Assembly (NCBI RefSeq): GCF_036321535.1
Contig: NC_087436.1
Location: forward strand, 30,072,001-30,136,000
Direction of reading: 5' to 3'
From: Camelus dromedarius
Taxonomy: Eukaryota
DNA length: 64,000 nucleotides
Shown here: piece after piece, positions 51,599-64,000 of the stretch
Layout: each line of letters starts with the position of its first letter
How positions within the stretch are numbered: the stretch's first letter is position 1
Position numbers and translations under genes: made by a program
The notes under the pieces: generated by a model
What the model was told of the DNA's origin: nothing
The model's input: only the letters and a program-made list of their open reading frames with translations
Databases searched by the model: none

Positions 51599-53249
51599 TA
51601 ATTTTACCTTAAAATGAGTCTTTCATTTTTGCAATTATTTTCTATTTTCTTCTGATTAATCAGGGAAGTGACATAGGATTTTAAATATTTTAAAATATTC
51701 AAATCATAAAGCTCTTGAAAATGAACACAGAAATGGAAATTGTGTTCTTTATATTAATATGTATGTGCATCTAATGAGTTTTAATGAATGTGCAAAAGTC
51801 ATTTCAATTGATTGTTGATTTGAGTAGTTTTTTTTTTTTTTTTTCCAAAGGATTTGAAAGAATTATATTCAAACAGACTGGATTCTTATACAATCAAAAT
51901 AACATAATAGTGAATATTATGATATTAAAATATGAATTTCATGGTTTGAGAACAAGTATAGTGCCTTAAAATCACATGTCTGAAATTATAAGCAAATTGA
52001 ATTATATGATTTGATATAAATAAATTTAAACTACATATGAGTTAGAAGAATTTTTTACTGTGCAAATGTCAAGCCATAAATAGAATGAGGAAATAGCAGG
52101 GAAATTTAATAATATTCATCTGATCATAAATAAATACATCAAATGACTTTTTTCAGAAAACAAAGCAAAAGTTTATGTATCTACAGTAATTATCATGTCA
52201 TGAGATTGAGTCTTATAAACCAATGCATTTTCACTTTCATATGCCATGATGTATAAAAATCACTACTATGATATTTTCCAAACTTTAGATTTATTAAGAT
52301 AATTTATTTGAGTAACTTCTAATTGAAAATGTAATAATTCAGTAAAATGTGCACTTATGGACTAAAATTGATAGTATATTGTATGCATATAAAAATACTG
52401 TTGATCTCAAGGAGTATTTGAAGAGAGGCAGCATCAGGACAAATAATAAAATTGTGTTGTATAATGTAATAAAAATCGTTTAAACAAACTTTAATGGGAA
52501 TTCAATTATACATATTTTCTTTATTGGAGAAAGGAGGCAGTTGTGCTGCAGTGTGAGTAACCGGGATTCTACATTCTAAATGATTGTCTGAATCATGTCA
52601 CTTTGATCTTCAAGATATCTCCATGTAGCCTTGTTGAACAAGTCTGGACTGCATACCAACAGGATTTCAAAGGTATTCAAGAAATTAGAAGTGTGAGAAA
52701 TTAGAAATATAATAAAAATATATAATAAATAATACTTAAAAAACTTGCCATAACACTACTGTCAAACTTCTCCTGAAACACCAATATAATGGATTTTTCT
52801 ATTTCTAATTAAACTGGATTATTAGTTTATATAGAAACTTCAAGTGCTACAAATCTGTGAGTTGTTTTTATATCATTGGAAACATAATGGCTATTCAGAA
52901 TAGCTTAGAATTAAATGATCAATGTTGCACCCTGGTACATTCCTGTTGGCATTTACAAATTTCGGTTTGCCATCTCAAAAGTGAAATACTTACATACTTA
53001 GAACTTACTTTGTCTTTAAACGTGGTACCACTGGATGAATGGCAACATTTTCTATGGCTTTCTAGTGAACAATACTAAACTTTACTACTATATATTCATT
53101 TACTGTATAACAAAATATTAAAAATCAATAGAAGAAAGCACATACATTGAAACTTATATAATGCTAATATCTAAGTTCCTGACTTTTTTCCTAATATTTT
53201 ACAGACATTCTTTTATTTATTCTTCTCGGATTTAAGAAAAATTCACAAT

Positions 53250-53685
53250 CTTTGACCCAGTTCTCCTAGAAATAGGCTCCTATCAAGATAGAGACTTGCT
53301 TGCAGAAAGTTTATTGGTGGGTGTGCCTAGAAACAATACTTGTGAAGACGTAAAGAAATCTGGATTGGGCATAACGAGAAGTTGAACAACAATGTAGTTG
53401 CCAAAACAAAAAACTAACACAAGAAACCCCTCAGTCTGTCCAATGCAGAGTTCTGGAACCAGGATGGTACTTCAGAATTGTCTGGAATTGAGTCAAGGAG
53501 AATAACATTCGTATCATTCAACTGACTAGTCACGGGATGGGTGCCAGCCAGGGGGAAGGCCACAGACTTGGATGAGACAGCTTTGCCTTAAAGGCAATGC
53601 ATGAGAAGTGATGCAGTCACAAGCAGTTAGCATCTGGGGCAATGAGTACCTCTGCCTTAAATTAGGATCTGGACAGCTGATCATC
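53250..53685 (-). mobile_element. LTR16-family (ERVL) solo LTR
   Basis: 'gagttctggaaccaggatggtacttcagaattgtc', 'catctggggcaatgagtacctctgcc' recall LTR16C. Confidence 0.65.
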
Positions 53686-53756
53686 TTATACCTAGATTGA
53701 CCTCCTTTTTTTTTTTAAATCATATCATTACCCTTCTCAAAAATCTCAAACATTTC

Positions 53757-53955
53757 CTTTTTTTAAATTTTTGTTGTTGTTGAAGTGTACTTGATTTACC
53801 ATGTTAGTTTCATATGTACAGCAAAACGATTCAGTTATACACATACATATGTATATTTTCAGATTTTTCCCATTACAGCTCATTACAAGAAATTGAATAT
53901 AGTTCCTTGTGCTATACAGTAGGTTCTTGTCGTTTATCTATTTTATATATAGTAG
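53757..53955 (-). mobile_element. Short young cetartiodactyl L1 3' end
   Basis: 'ttgaatatagttccttgtgctatacagtaggttcttgtcgtttatctattttatatatagtag'; homologous to 11672-11844. Confidence 0.85.
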
Positions 53956-55298
53956 ATTCACCTACTTTCTAATTTTAAAAAAATCCGACTTTTGATCTTT
54001 CAAATCATATCACTCTAAGCATTAAAACAGCTTATGTTAAACATAATAAAACAAGATGCCTTGCTGATATTTGTATTAACAATTTCCTTTCAATTTTGAA
54101 ACAAGTTCAGAATTAGAGCCATGAGGGAGTAAAAGCAAAGGCACAGAAGGAATTCAGGGCAAGGCATGGTGTTTAAGTCTCAGTCCTCAGTTCTTGTTAT
54201 ATCTCCAGTTTCACAGGTTTGGGTAGGTAGTATCCCATCCCAGGGATGCTAAAAAAGATAGGCTTTTGTGTCTGTAAATTGTGAGCAATTACACTCTTCA
54301 ACATTGAGGGTCTGAATAGATCTCATTACAAACCTTAGAATGAAAAAAGCACTCATTCTACAAGCCCCCACCTGTGCAGATAACATTATCCTTTCTCTTC
54401 TCTAAGATTTTTTCTTGTCTCTAAAATTTCTCTTTGTCATTTATTCTGCTGTTCTTTCAATATAGGGTTCACAATTTCATAAAACTTTTCAACTTTATTC
54501 CAACTTGACTGACTCTCTTCCTCCTTGAAAGTATAGCCACATCTCCTTTCACCATTCCTCAATACCTTGAAGAGTCATTACTTTTCTCAAGTACCAAGGC
54601 AGTCATCCTTCCTTTCCATACTGTCCTGTGTTCCCTTCAATTTTGCTTCAGCAATTGTACCTGCTGTCTTACGTCTCAAATGTATCAACCAGATACCATC
54701 TTTCCCTTTATATGCAATCATGATTGTCTCCTTCCTCCTATTACAATGATTTAAAAGTCATTTCTTAAGCTGTTGTCTTTTCAGGCTACTGTTCGTTTCC
54801 TTTTCTTACCTCGACTGTCAAATTTCAGAAAGTATAATTTTCAGTTGGTACCTGTTTTAACCCACTAAATATCTCTTCATCTTAATGCAATCATGCATGA
54901 TAAATTATATTTCATTTACCTAAAACTAGTATCTCAGGTTTATTCAGAGAATCAAGTCCAATAATCTTTTTCTGGACATTACTGGAGAGCTCTGTTTGAA
55001 AACTTTCCCAGGAATAAGATACTTAGTACCTCAAGAGGACGCCCCATTTCACCACTTATTTAAGCTACAATATGCCTTTCTCCAAGTTTCATGAGTACTA
55101 ATGCTCTGTGGAGATGCATCCACTACATTTGCTCCTTTGCCCAATTTCCTTGATAAAAGATCATTCTTTTTTGTAATCTTGGTTATTTAAAACCACGTAA
55201 GCATCTGAAATAATTTTAGTGATTTTATTATGAGCCAGTTTCTTTCTAGGATTCTTTTAGTGGTTGTATCAATTCAGTTTTAAGCATTGTATTAGAAC

Positions 55299-55520
55299 AG
55301 AATGCCTCAGTCTTGGCACTAATAACATTTTAGCTTGGATAATTCTTTTTTATGGGGGTCTGTCCTGTGTATAGAAGGAGATTTGAGCAGCATTTTTGGC
55401 CTCTACCTATTCAATGCCAGTAGCAACCTCCCCAACCAAGTTGTGAAAATCAGAAATGTCTCCAGATATTGCAACATGTCCTTCCAGAAGCAAAATGTCC
55501 CTCTCTTAAGAACTACCATG
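55299..55520 (-). mobile_element. MER20 (hAT-Charlie)
   Basis: 'ggcctctacctattcaatgccagtagca...aaatgtctccagatattgc' is the reverse complement of the MER20 core. Confidence 0.85.
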
Positions 55521-55569
55521 TAGACAAGTAAAGAGAGGCTATAGAAGTCAGAGAAGTATTTACATACAC

Positions 55570-55830
55570 TAATATTAACAGGTTTTGGGACACTTGCTAT
55601 ATACCAGTTACTACTGTCATATATTTACTAATGTAACTGCATTTATTTAATCTCCACTCAAAAAAACACTATGAAGTAGATACTATGAGAATCCCCATTT
55701 CACACATGACAAAACTGAGGTGCAGAATGATTATTCAGCTTCCCTAAGATATCATAGCTTCTAAGGGGTAGAGCCTGGTTTTAAGCCCATTTCGTCAGAC
55801 CTCGGTACCGATGGTGCTAACCAACACAAC
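55570..55830 (-). mobile_element. MIR SINE
   Basis: Core 'atccccatttcacacatgacaaaactgaggtgcaga...cttccctaagatatcatagct'. Confidence 0.75.
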
Positions 55831-58800
55831 CTGCCTCTAACCCAAATCCCACATCAAAGCCACAAAGAAAGGGAACCCCCCAAAAATATTTAAGATTGCA
55901 AGAAAGAAAGAATTGTTAAAACTCGAAGGCAATTCAAAATAAAACAAGAAAGAGGATAAGAGAGAGAGAAACAAATAAACGGTTCAGAGGATAAGAAGTA
56001 GAAGAGGCAGAGATACACATCTTTACGGAGTTAAGGAAAGACAGGGAGAAAACTAGGTCATAGCCCCTTAAACATCAGAGGTAAAGCTACAAGTTAGTAG
56101 TATAAATTTTCCACTTAAAAAAAAAACTTTGTCTTTATTACAAAACCATTATTTCTGATCAATAATTTTTTTTCAAGAATACTGGTTTTTCTTGTGATCT
56201 CACGTTGAAGTCAGTGGTATGGAGAATGATAAGGAAATTAGAATTACGTAGTTATATTTACGATTAGGAATCTAGCAAATGTAAACGTATAAAGCATATA
56301 GTTTACATGGTGTCATGGGATGATGTTTTGCATAATTTTACTAAACGTTATAAGTAAAATAAATTAGGTTCTCATGAACATAAACTGGAAATAATTATTA
56401 CTGTTTTAGGTTACACTAAGTTTACACTGTATTTTATTGTAAGAATGATCACAGGTTCATAGCTGCAAGATGCAAGAAAAAATATATATATATACAGATC
56501 AGTAGGAGAACATGGTACAGAGAGGTCCCACAGTCCAATTCCCAGAGAATACAACAAGCAGGGGTGGCAATACGCAACCAGTCAGGCGGAGAAAGCAATA
56601 ACGTGCTAGAATGAAGTAGTCTTAAAGAAGACTCAGCCGACTGCACTATCCCAAAGGCTGGTACGTCTGTGTACAATTGTTCAGTGTCAAGAATATTTTA
56701 AATGGGGTTTAAAAGGAGAATAAAGGTAAAATTCTGGCTCAACTAAACCAGATGAAAGCTCACATCAGGCTGTCCAGTCCAGTGCGCACACTACACAATG
56801 GCTAAGGATGATGACACAGCTAACAAAGGGAGAAAGTGTTTGGAGATGGACTTAAAAATAATAGAAAGTGTTGCTCTGCTGCTCATTCCAGTGCAGAGTA
56901 CAATAGTTAAAATAAGAACTGTCTTTCAAAGCCATGTCACAGTTTTGTGCACCCAAAAACGAATCTTCCAATGTATGACAGAACATGTTTTATAAGGATC
57001 TTTATTCTCTTCTCAAAATATGGGCTGCTGTATCTTTCACTAGTAAGAAAAAAAATCGTCAAGAATCCTGCTAAAAGTTTCTGAAACACTCTTTTGACTG
57101 TCCAAATATGTGTCCTTCATATAGTATCAGTGGGGACCATGGTTGCTAGGATTATATGGAGATAAGTGAGAAAAACAAAACATGAAATATTGAGGCTAGC
57201 TGTTGAAATGGTTGAGAACAGTTTAGTTTTAAGTACCTTTGAGGTCTTGGTGGTTAGTAGAGACCAAAATGGGTGATTTAGCTTATTTATGATGATTGCT
57301 ATATATTTATAATAAAATACAAAGGTTTTAATGAATTAGACACCTCAACATATAACACTTACAACCACATAAGCATAAGTCTTGGTATAAGATTTGAGTA
57401 TTACTGTACCCTTACATTAGCATAGTGACAAAAGACAATTATAGTTTGCCAGTATAAAATAGTAATTACGTTTTGAAAAAAGCTAAACTCGATGTGTTCT
57501 AATAAACGCCTAAGAACATAGTTCTTTAAACTAACTAAATATATATTTCTCATTGCCATAATCTCAATGCACTTAAATTGAAAAAAAGTGCTGTATCCCA
57601 AGGCTTCATTTCCAAATTGTGGTGATATTTTGATTCAGTTTTTTTTTCTTTCCCTGTTTATTACAAGGTAGTGTTTAACAGATGACCTCTGGAAAGTTTT
57701 ACAGAAATAACTTCAACGTAAAGTTTTCAGTTGAGCTCCAGAAATATCTCAAATGGAATTTGAGATTGGATTGTAGATTCTGTCACATAGGCTGGTGAAT
57801 TATATGTGAAAAAAGTGCCTCTGTGTGCCTGTAAAATATGCATTTGTATCTGTAAATGGATTGTCAAGAGAATTTTAGCCATTACCATATCCTGGGAGCC
57901 TAACAAGAAGAAAAATATATAAAAAATAAAGACAATCTCAAGTTCAAGCTGGATCAACTTTTCCAATCAATGCAAATACCTATGGCATAATATAACCCTA
58001 TGCTGTATGAATTTGTCTTTTTTTTTTTAATTTGGAAGATATGACCCCACATCACATTCTTCCATATTCCAGAGACTCAGTAATAAATGTATTCATATCT
58101 TCAAATTTTCTCCTTTTTTGAGAATATTTCAACTGGAAAATGCACAAAATACAGGTTGCATTAGGGCTTGACTGTTGTTTGCCTTTCTTCTTCAACATAA
58201 CCTTTAAAATAGCCTCTGAAAGGAAAGGAAGAACTCTTCCCCACAAAACGGGCTACCCTGTCTCACATGGCCACAAAGCTAAATCACTGTCACGATCTTT
58301 GCATCACCAAAAGCCCTGATGAGTTTAGAAGCTGCTCATGGATATCACATTGGGAAGAGCCTGTTGGTTTCTAAACACATTTCTATAGCTATTCAAAGTG
58401 CCCTCACGTGTTAGCAGAAACATGAAACCACTGAGACTTCTGAAAATATTGATAGTCTATGTCCTCTGTGAAGAACAAAGGAGACATTTTTTAAATTAGA
58501 CCCAGCATATATATTAAACTTTCAATCAAGCAAAAAAATTCATTTTTCAAAATCTTCTCATCCTAGAATATAAATTCATGACAGCAGGGAATGTATGCTT
58601 TTTCACTGCCATATCCTCAGACTCTAGAAGGTGTTCCTGTCAAATGTTAAAAACACGAAAACATAGGTTGCTTTATTTATAAGTATTTATTTATGAAACT
58701 TTATTTATGAATATTAAGCTAAACCACCAAATTAAAAGGTCTCTTAGGAAATTACCTAAAACACAGAAACAGCTTGGGGGTTAGTAAATAACTTTACCAG

Positions 58801-59039
58801 TGATATAATTTGTATTTGATATTTTGTAGATTTATTTCTCAAAACTTAAACCAAGTTGCTTGAGAAGAAGAAAGCTAAAATGACTACAGGTTTTGAAAAA
58901 GGAAGACATGTAACAAATAAGAAATACATAAAATTCAAATCCAGCCCTGCACTTTCCAGTTTAAGTCCCTTCCTTAATCCTCCCCCTTGAATTTATAATA
59001 CCTTTCAAGTTATGAAAAATATATGTTTGGGAAGTGGAT

Positions 59040-59440
59040 GTTACTCCTCTATCCTTTCTTCAGGCTTCTGTCCAGCTTCTTATTCCCACGCCACAATTTA
59101 GCCATTTTAACATCCACCCTGGTCCCTGTGTAAGCATGCGGTTCCCTCTTGCCAGGATACCCTCTTTACTCTTAATCTGGCTAATTTGCCTATGCATTTA
59201 GTGCTGGGCTTGAAGCCTCCACACTCGATCTAAGGCCTCCTCTAAGTGAGATCCCCAGCCACCACTGTCCTATCGTTTATTACACCATATTAAAATTACT
59301 TGCTTACTCATGTACTGTCTGACCTTGACTACAAAATCCAGGAATATAGATTTCACGGGAGTCTCTCTTGGAAATGCCCAGTGCCTAGTATGGTTTTTGG
59401 TACATAGCAGGTTCTCTGTAACTTTTTGTTTAATGCATTA
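59040..59440 (+). mobile_element. L2 3' region relic
   Basis: 'gttccctcttgccaggatac', 'cccagtgcctagtatggtttttggtacatagcagg'. Confidence 0.6.
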
Positions 59441-59944
59441 ACTCATGCATATATATGTATATATATTTAAAGAAGTGAACAAATTTGGAGCATATGATTG
59501 TTTCACTGAACTGTTGCTCTGATGGTGGAAAGAATGATCTCATATTTTCATTTATCATCTCACATATCCTACATAATCACATACAATAGAATTCAAAACC
59601 ACATTTTTTGGACACGGGAGAGGTATCAACACCTGTATGATAAGCAAACTGTTTTATAGAAGGGGTTTTGGGCAATTTTAAAAGCAAATTTACCAATTTA
59701 GTAATTGCAGTGAACAGTATAAGGTATTTAATTCAATCTTACAAAATTTTTTTAAATAATAAAGAATATAGTATTTCCTCAGTCCTGTTTCAATTTGTAG
59801 TTATCCTCCTATTTTGAATGCATTTTTAAAGGGACTATATTTATGTTATATAAAAACAGTGATTTGTGTTTGCAGTATGTTTCTCAATAACTCAACTCCT
59901 CCAGAAAACTTTTGGAAGATGGCACATATCAAGTTATCACTTGA

Positions 59945-61850
59945 TGAATCAACTGTATTCGAAGTATGATGTACAAAACATAAATGCAACTGATTTTATG
60001 GTACTGTTTGATGAGTTTTAACAAATAAATACACTTAGTTAAACACCAGTATGTGAAAGATTTAAAATAGTCCCATCACCACATCTGTTGTTCCCCTCCT
60101 TGGTTGATCATGATCCTATATTTCAGACACATGCAGATTTACTTTCTATTTACTATCAACTAAATTACTTCTAAATTTTTTTCTATAAATGGAATCACAA
60201 AATACATACCATTTGTGTAGCATCTTCATTCCGCTGGATGCTCTTGAGATACCTATATGTTGTTCTGTTTATCGGTATTTTCCTTTATACTGCAAAGTAG
60301 CATTCCGTTGTTTACCCATTTCCCAGTTGAGCGGCATATGGGTGGGTCATAGCCATTCTGGGACTATTATGAAAAAAGCTGCTAAAAATATTTATGTCTT
60401 TGTGTAGACATTCTTTTGTATTGCTTATTTTAGTAAATATTTAGGAATAAAATCACTGGCCCATATGGTAAGTGTATAATGAAAGAGGAAACTGACAGAT
60501 TAGTGAAATGATTGTAATGTCTGTATTTCCACCAGCAGTGTCGCTCCCAATCCTGGGCAGCGCTTGGCACTGTGAGGCTTTCATAGCACAATTCTTCTAA
60601 TCACTGTGCAGGAGGCAGCTCAGTGTGCTGTAAGGTGCATGCCCCTGATTAACAGTAGGGTTAGGCATCTTTTCATGGAATTTAGGGCCATTTGAATATC
60701 TTCTTTGGTGAAGTATTGCTTGATTTTTTTTTTTTTCTATTTAAAACATTTAATTGTCTTCTTTGTGAGCTGTGAACTTTCTTTATATATTCTGGATAAA
60801 GCTTTTCCAAATGCATGTATAGGAAGAGTTTTTCCCTTTCCTTTTCCTTAATGGTATTTTTAGAAAAGCAATGTTTAATCTCCCTAAAGTCCAGTTAACC
60901 AATTGTTTGTGCTTTGTGCATTTTGTGTCTTATTTATGAACTCTTGTTCTACCCCAAGATCTCAAATATTTTCTCACCTCTTTGTATCTGGAAGTTTAAT
61001 GCTTTTAGTTTTTGTCTCGATTTCTATGACCCCTAGTCAGGTGATTTTCATGTGAGTTAAGGTGTACGCCTGTAAGGAACAAGCCTCCCCAAGATCTGCT
61101 GATTTGACATGTGGATTATTTTGAGCTACAGGCAGTGGTGACCCTGTGGGCTCAAGAGAAATGACTGCTTTTCCTTCAAATACATAGAAGAATTTAAACT
61201 AGAGATTTTTATTTTTTTTAGAAAAAGTTATTACCAGAGATAAATGTTACGTAAGTGGCCCCATCTATTTAGCAGGGCAAACATCTATTTATCAAGTTTT
61301 GCTCTTTTTCTTATTGTCCTGTGAATGACCCTCCTGCCTTTGGAAGCCCCGGGCTCCTACCCCACCCCTTAGCTCAGGAAGGCATGTGTACCTCATTGTA
61401 CCTTTCTGTCTGTGAACCTCTCGTGTATGTGAGGTCTCTGACCCTCTCACCCTCTCATGTATATGAAGTTCCCATATGTACAAAAGTAAATCTAATTTTT
61501 CTCCTGTTAATATGCCTCATTTCAAGTTAATTCTTAGACCAGCCAGAAGAACCTAGAAGGGTAAAATTCTCTCCCTTCCTGACAAGGGTCAAGTTTCACT
61601 GCTTGTTTTTCTTAATTTTCTCATTGAAAACATTGTCATTTGGAACATTTGTCCAATTCAATTCAACATATATGTTTGAGCTTCATTCTGGGCGGTCTGT
61701 TTCCTTCCATTAATCTCTATCTCCATCCCTATGTGTTGAGTTCTTCTTGGCAACTCAGAACCCATACAAGACGCAGCAGGTGCAGGTCTGTAGGCTCCTA
61801 CTTCTTGTGGTTGGTGTTACATCTTTGCTGTCCTCCATGCTGTGGGAATC
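59945..61850 (-). mobile_element. Old L1 (L1MC/L1ME-type) 3' UTR and ORF2, split by an LTR
   Basis: 'ataaatggaatcacaaaata', 'atttccaccagcagtgt', 'gccatttgaatatcttctttggtgaagt'. Resumes at 61585 'agggtcaagtttca'. Confidence 0.75.
61063..61584 (+). mobile_element. MER34/MER39-like ERV1 solo LTR
   Basis: TG...CA termini; 'ggattattttgagct' near the 5' end; 3' end 'tttttctcctgttaat...cagccagaagaacctagaagggt...ccttcctgaca'. Confidence 0.78.
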
Positions 61851-61869
61851 CTCACTTGGGTTTTCCTGC

Positions 61870-62520
61870 TCTGTAGGTGTGGATGTGGGAGGATTTTGGT
61901 GTTACTGAAACATTAGTGAATGGCAAGTGTCAGGGAATCGTGCTCATGCACCTTGATCTGTCACCTGCTGATTACAGAAGTGCAGTGGCTAACGTGTGAT
62001 GGATTTCTCCTGAGTCTGCCTGATCTTATGATTTAGGGGCCAGGACAGGATCTAGTTTATGATAGTCAGTTCTAGATACATAGCCACTTGATGTTCTGGG
62101 TTTAAGGGCTGCACGTCTTCTAGGCCATGCTGGAAGTTGTTTTCCAAACAGTATTTAATTCTGTGCTACAGATGGTCTGCATTGACTTCAGAGCCTCAAA
62201 AGCCATTTTGGTTTTCTTCCTAGGGCTTGTTGTAACTGACATGCAACAGTTTTTCCAGTTCCTGGTACCTCTCAGATTGTAGTCTACTGAGTCAATATTC
62301 CCAAGGGGCAGAGCTGCTTCTGTCACAGACTGAGCACTTTCCTGTTTCAGAACCCACTGGATGACATATTTTATTGGGTTTATAATCTGGAGCCATATTT
62401 TCAAGTGTGGAATAAGCTGCCTCTGGAACTCAAAAGGCCCAGCTGGTATTCTGCTTTCTTCTTCATAGTGAGAGGGCAAGATTCTATCAGTTTTGCACCA
62501 TTTGGGGAAATATCAATCCA
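61870..62520 (-). mobile_element. ERVL-class endogenous retrovirus pol relic (end of RT and connection region), degenerate
   Basis: ORF 62120-62479 has 'GPFEFQRQLIPHL' and 'TEAALPLGNIDSVD', matching ERVL Pol 'GLFGFWRQHIPHL' and 'QAALPLGPYDPAD' as recalled. Frameshifted and stopped. Confidence 0.78.
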
Positions 62521-63556
62521 CCAAAAGTATACTTTATAAGATTGATAGTGTTAACTATAAACATTAAGAAACTGATCATTTGGCCTGACTTTGGATGTTA
62601 CTTTATATTTATAGTTAAGATTAAAATAAACCTAAAATGCATCTTATAAAAGATTTATTTTTCATAAATATAAAATTATTTTACTTATACTTCTCTTAGG
62701 TTTTCATGTATGCAATAATAGTTGGTTCTATATGTTGTGAGAGAAATAAATGGATATTAATTTGAAAGGGTTAGACGTTTTCTTGTAGGCTGCATTTTAA
62801 GACAGTTTTTGAATCATAGGTTTAAGGCATGCCTCTTTGTTATACAATATATAGATTTTTAATAGATTTTTAAATATAATCTGACATGATCAATAGCTTT
62901 GAGTAAATAAGTATTAAAATTGGAGCTTCAAAACATAAATGAACATATTTCACATATGGTGAAGATCCAAAGTTGTTTTATATAGTTAAACTTAACGTGA
63001 AAATCTTCAGGATTTAATAGCTGATCTCCTATCAGAAGTTCATTGAAAAAGAGGCTATTGCAGTTCTGATGGAGCAGTATTGCTGCCCAGTCCCTGGTCC
63101 AGTCCCAGCTGCACTCTACATACTTCGAGAGAAGCAAATGGAGTTCATTCTTTTCCATCAGTGTGCTAAACAACGTATTAGACCTATTGCAACTGGCATA
63201 GGGCACCACCACTGAAAAAGAAATCATAAATACTTAAACAAGTTCCTCCCTGCCACGAGCAACTGCAGACTTTTGTTTTTTAAATAATTACAGCATTGTG
63301 TGGTCCAATGAACAAACAACCAGACCTTTGCTAAAATCTTGCTTCGGTTCAGTTTTCTGTAAGATAGGAAGGAAAATAGGACACAAGTGTCTGATAGGAT
63401 TTTTGCTGTACAGATAGAACCATTAATTTAGAAGAGCCAGACTACAGCATCTAAGCAGAAAGTTACTTTGCTGTTTGTACCATTGTCTATTCAAGCTCAT
63501 TGCTTACTCTAGGGTATTGAAAATATTTTAGTCTTCTCTAGGCACCAGAACCAATT

Positions 63557-63642
63557 ATAGATAGATAGATCTGGGGATAGATAGATAGATAGATAGATAG
63601 GTAGATAGATAGATAGATAGAGAGAGAGACAGATAGAGAGAC
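63557..63642. repeat. (GATA)n/(GA)n microsatellite
   Basis: Directly visible. Confidence 0.92.
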
Positions 63643-64000
63643 ATATTCATTATAAAAATGTCCAGTTATATGTAATTTTCCCAAATCTTTTCAAATAAAA
63701 TCTTCATGCTTGCTACCAGCTGGTACTTTGCACTGGGACGTGGGAACATAGGCATGTTCATCACTACTTGTCCCCCATCTTTCTAGCCGTGCATCGTAAG
63801 AGTCATGAGTCCTTCCTCACTCCTTAGGCAAGTATTCCATAGGGGAAAAAAAAAAAGGAAAAAATATTAGTAAAATTAGGGAAATGTGGCATAAAATATC
63901 CTTCCTTTGAAAATTATTGATGAGTCTTGTTACAGTAAAAGTATGGAGAAATGTTAACTTCATTTAACCAGGGACATTTCCATTTCTCTTAAAGACATAT

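Noticed and set aside
1..64000. CRISPR array, operon, retron or other prokaryotic system
   Set aside because: No regularly spaced repeat-spacer array, no gene-dense ORF structure; the repeat content is clearly mammalian.
1..64000. Casein/SCPP-type gene with many small exons, considered because of AT richness and GAS motifs
   Set aside because: I found no signal-peptide exon or SSEE-type exons, and isolated TTCN3GAA hits are expected by chance.

Overview
This window is AT-rich eutherian mammalian genomic DNA, not prokaryotic or phage sequence. It is intergenic or deep-intronic. I can support no intact protein-coding gene, RNA gene or CRISPR array. Much of it is decayed interspersed repeats: L1 pieces of several ages, L2/MIR/L3 relics, Tigger, MER58 and MER20 DNA transposons, about 15 solo LTRs (ERV1, ERVL, MaLR) and an ERVL pol relic, plus microsatellites. 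Cetartiodactyl-type young L1 3' ends, Tigger1a_Art-like elements and no recognisable Alu, B1/B2, Bov-tA, PRE-1, CHR, Can-SINE or ERE SINE suggest a camelid genome (inference). The ORFs in the track are chance frames or repeat remnants. Points of interest are a diverged ~150-200 bp local duplication at 24.5 and 26.0 kb whose ends coincide with splice-like signals, two 5'-inverted (twin-primed) L1 insertions, a dense nest of solo LTRs at 47-50.6 kb, a three-arm inverted repeat made of STAT GAS motifs at 18.1 kb, and several unverified candidate exons. I found no convincing evidence of a new biological system. Repeat family names come from recalled consensus motifs and need confirmation with RepeatMasker/Dfam; boundaries are approximate unless termini are quoted.
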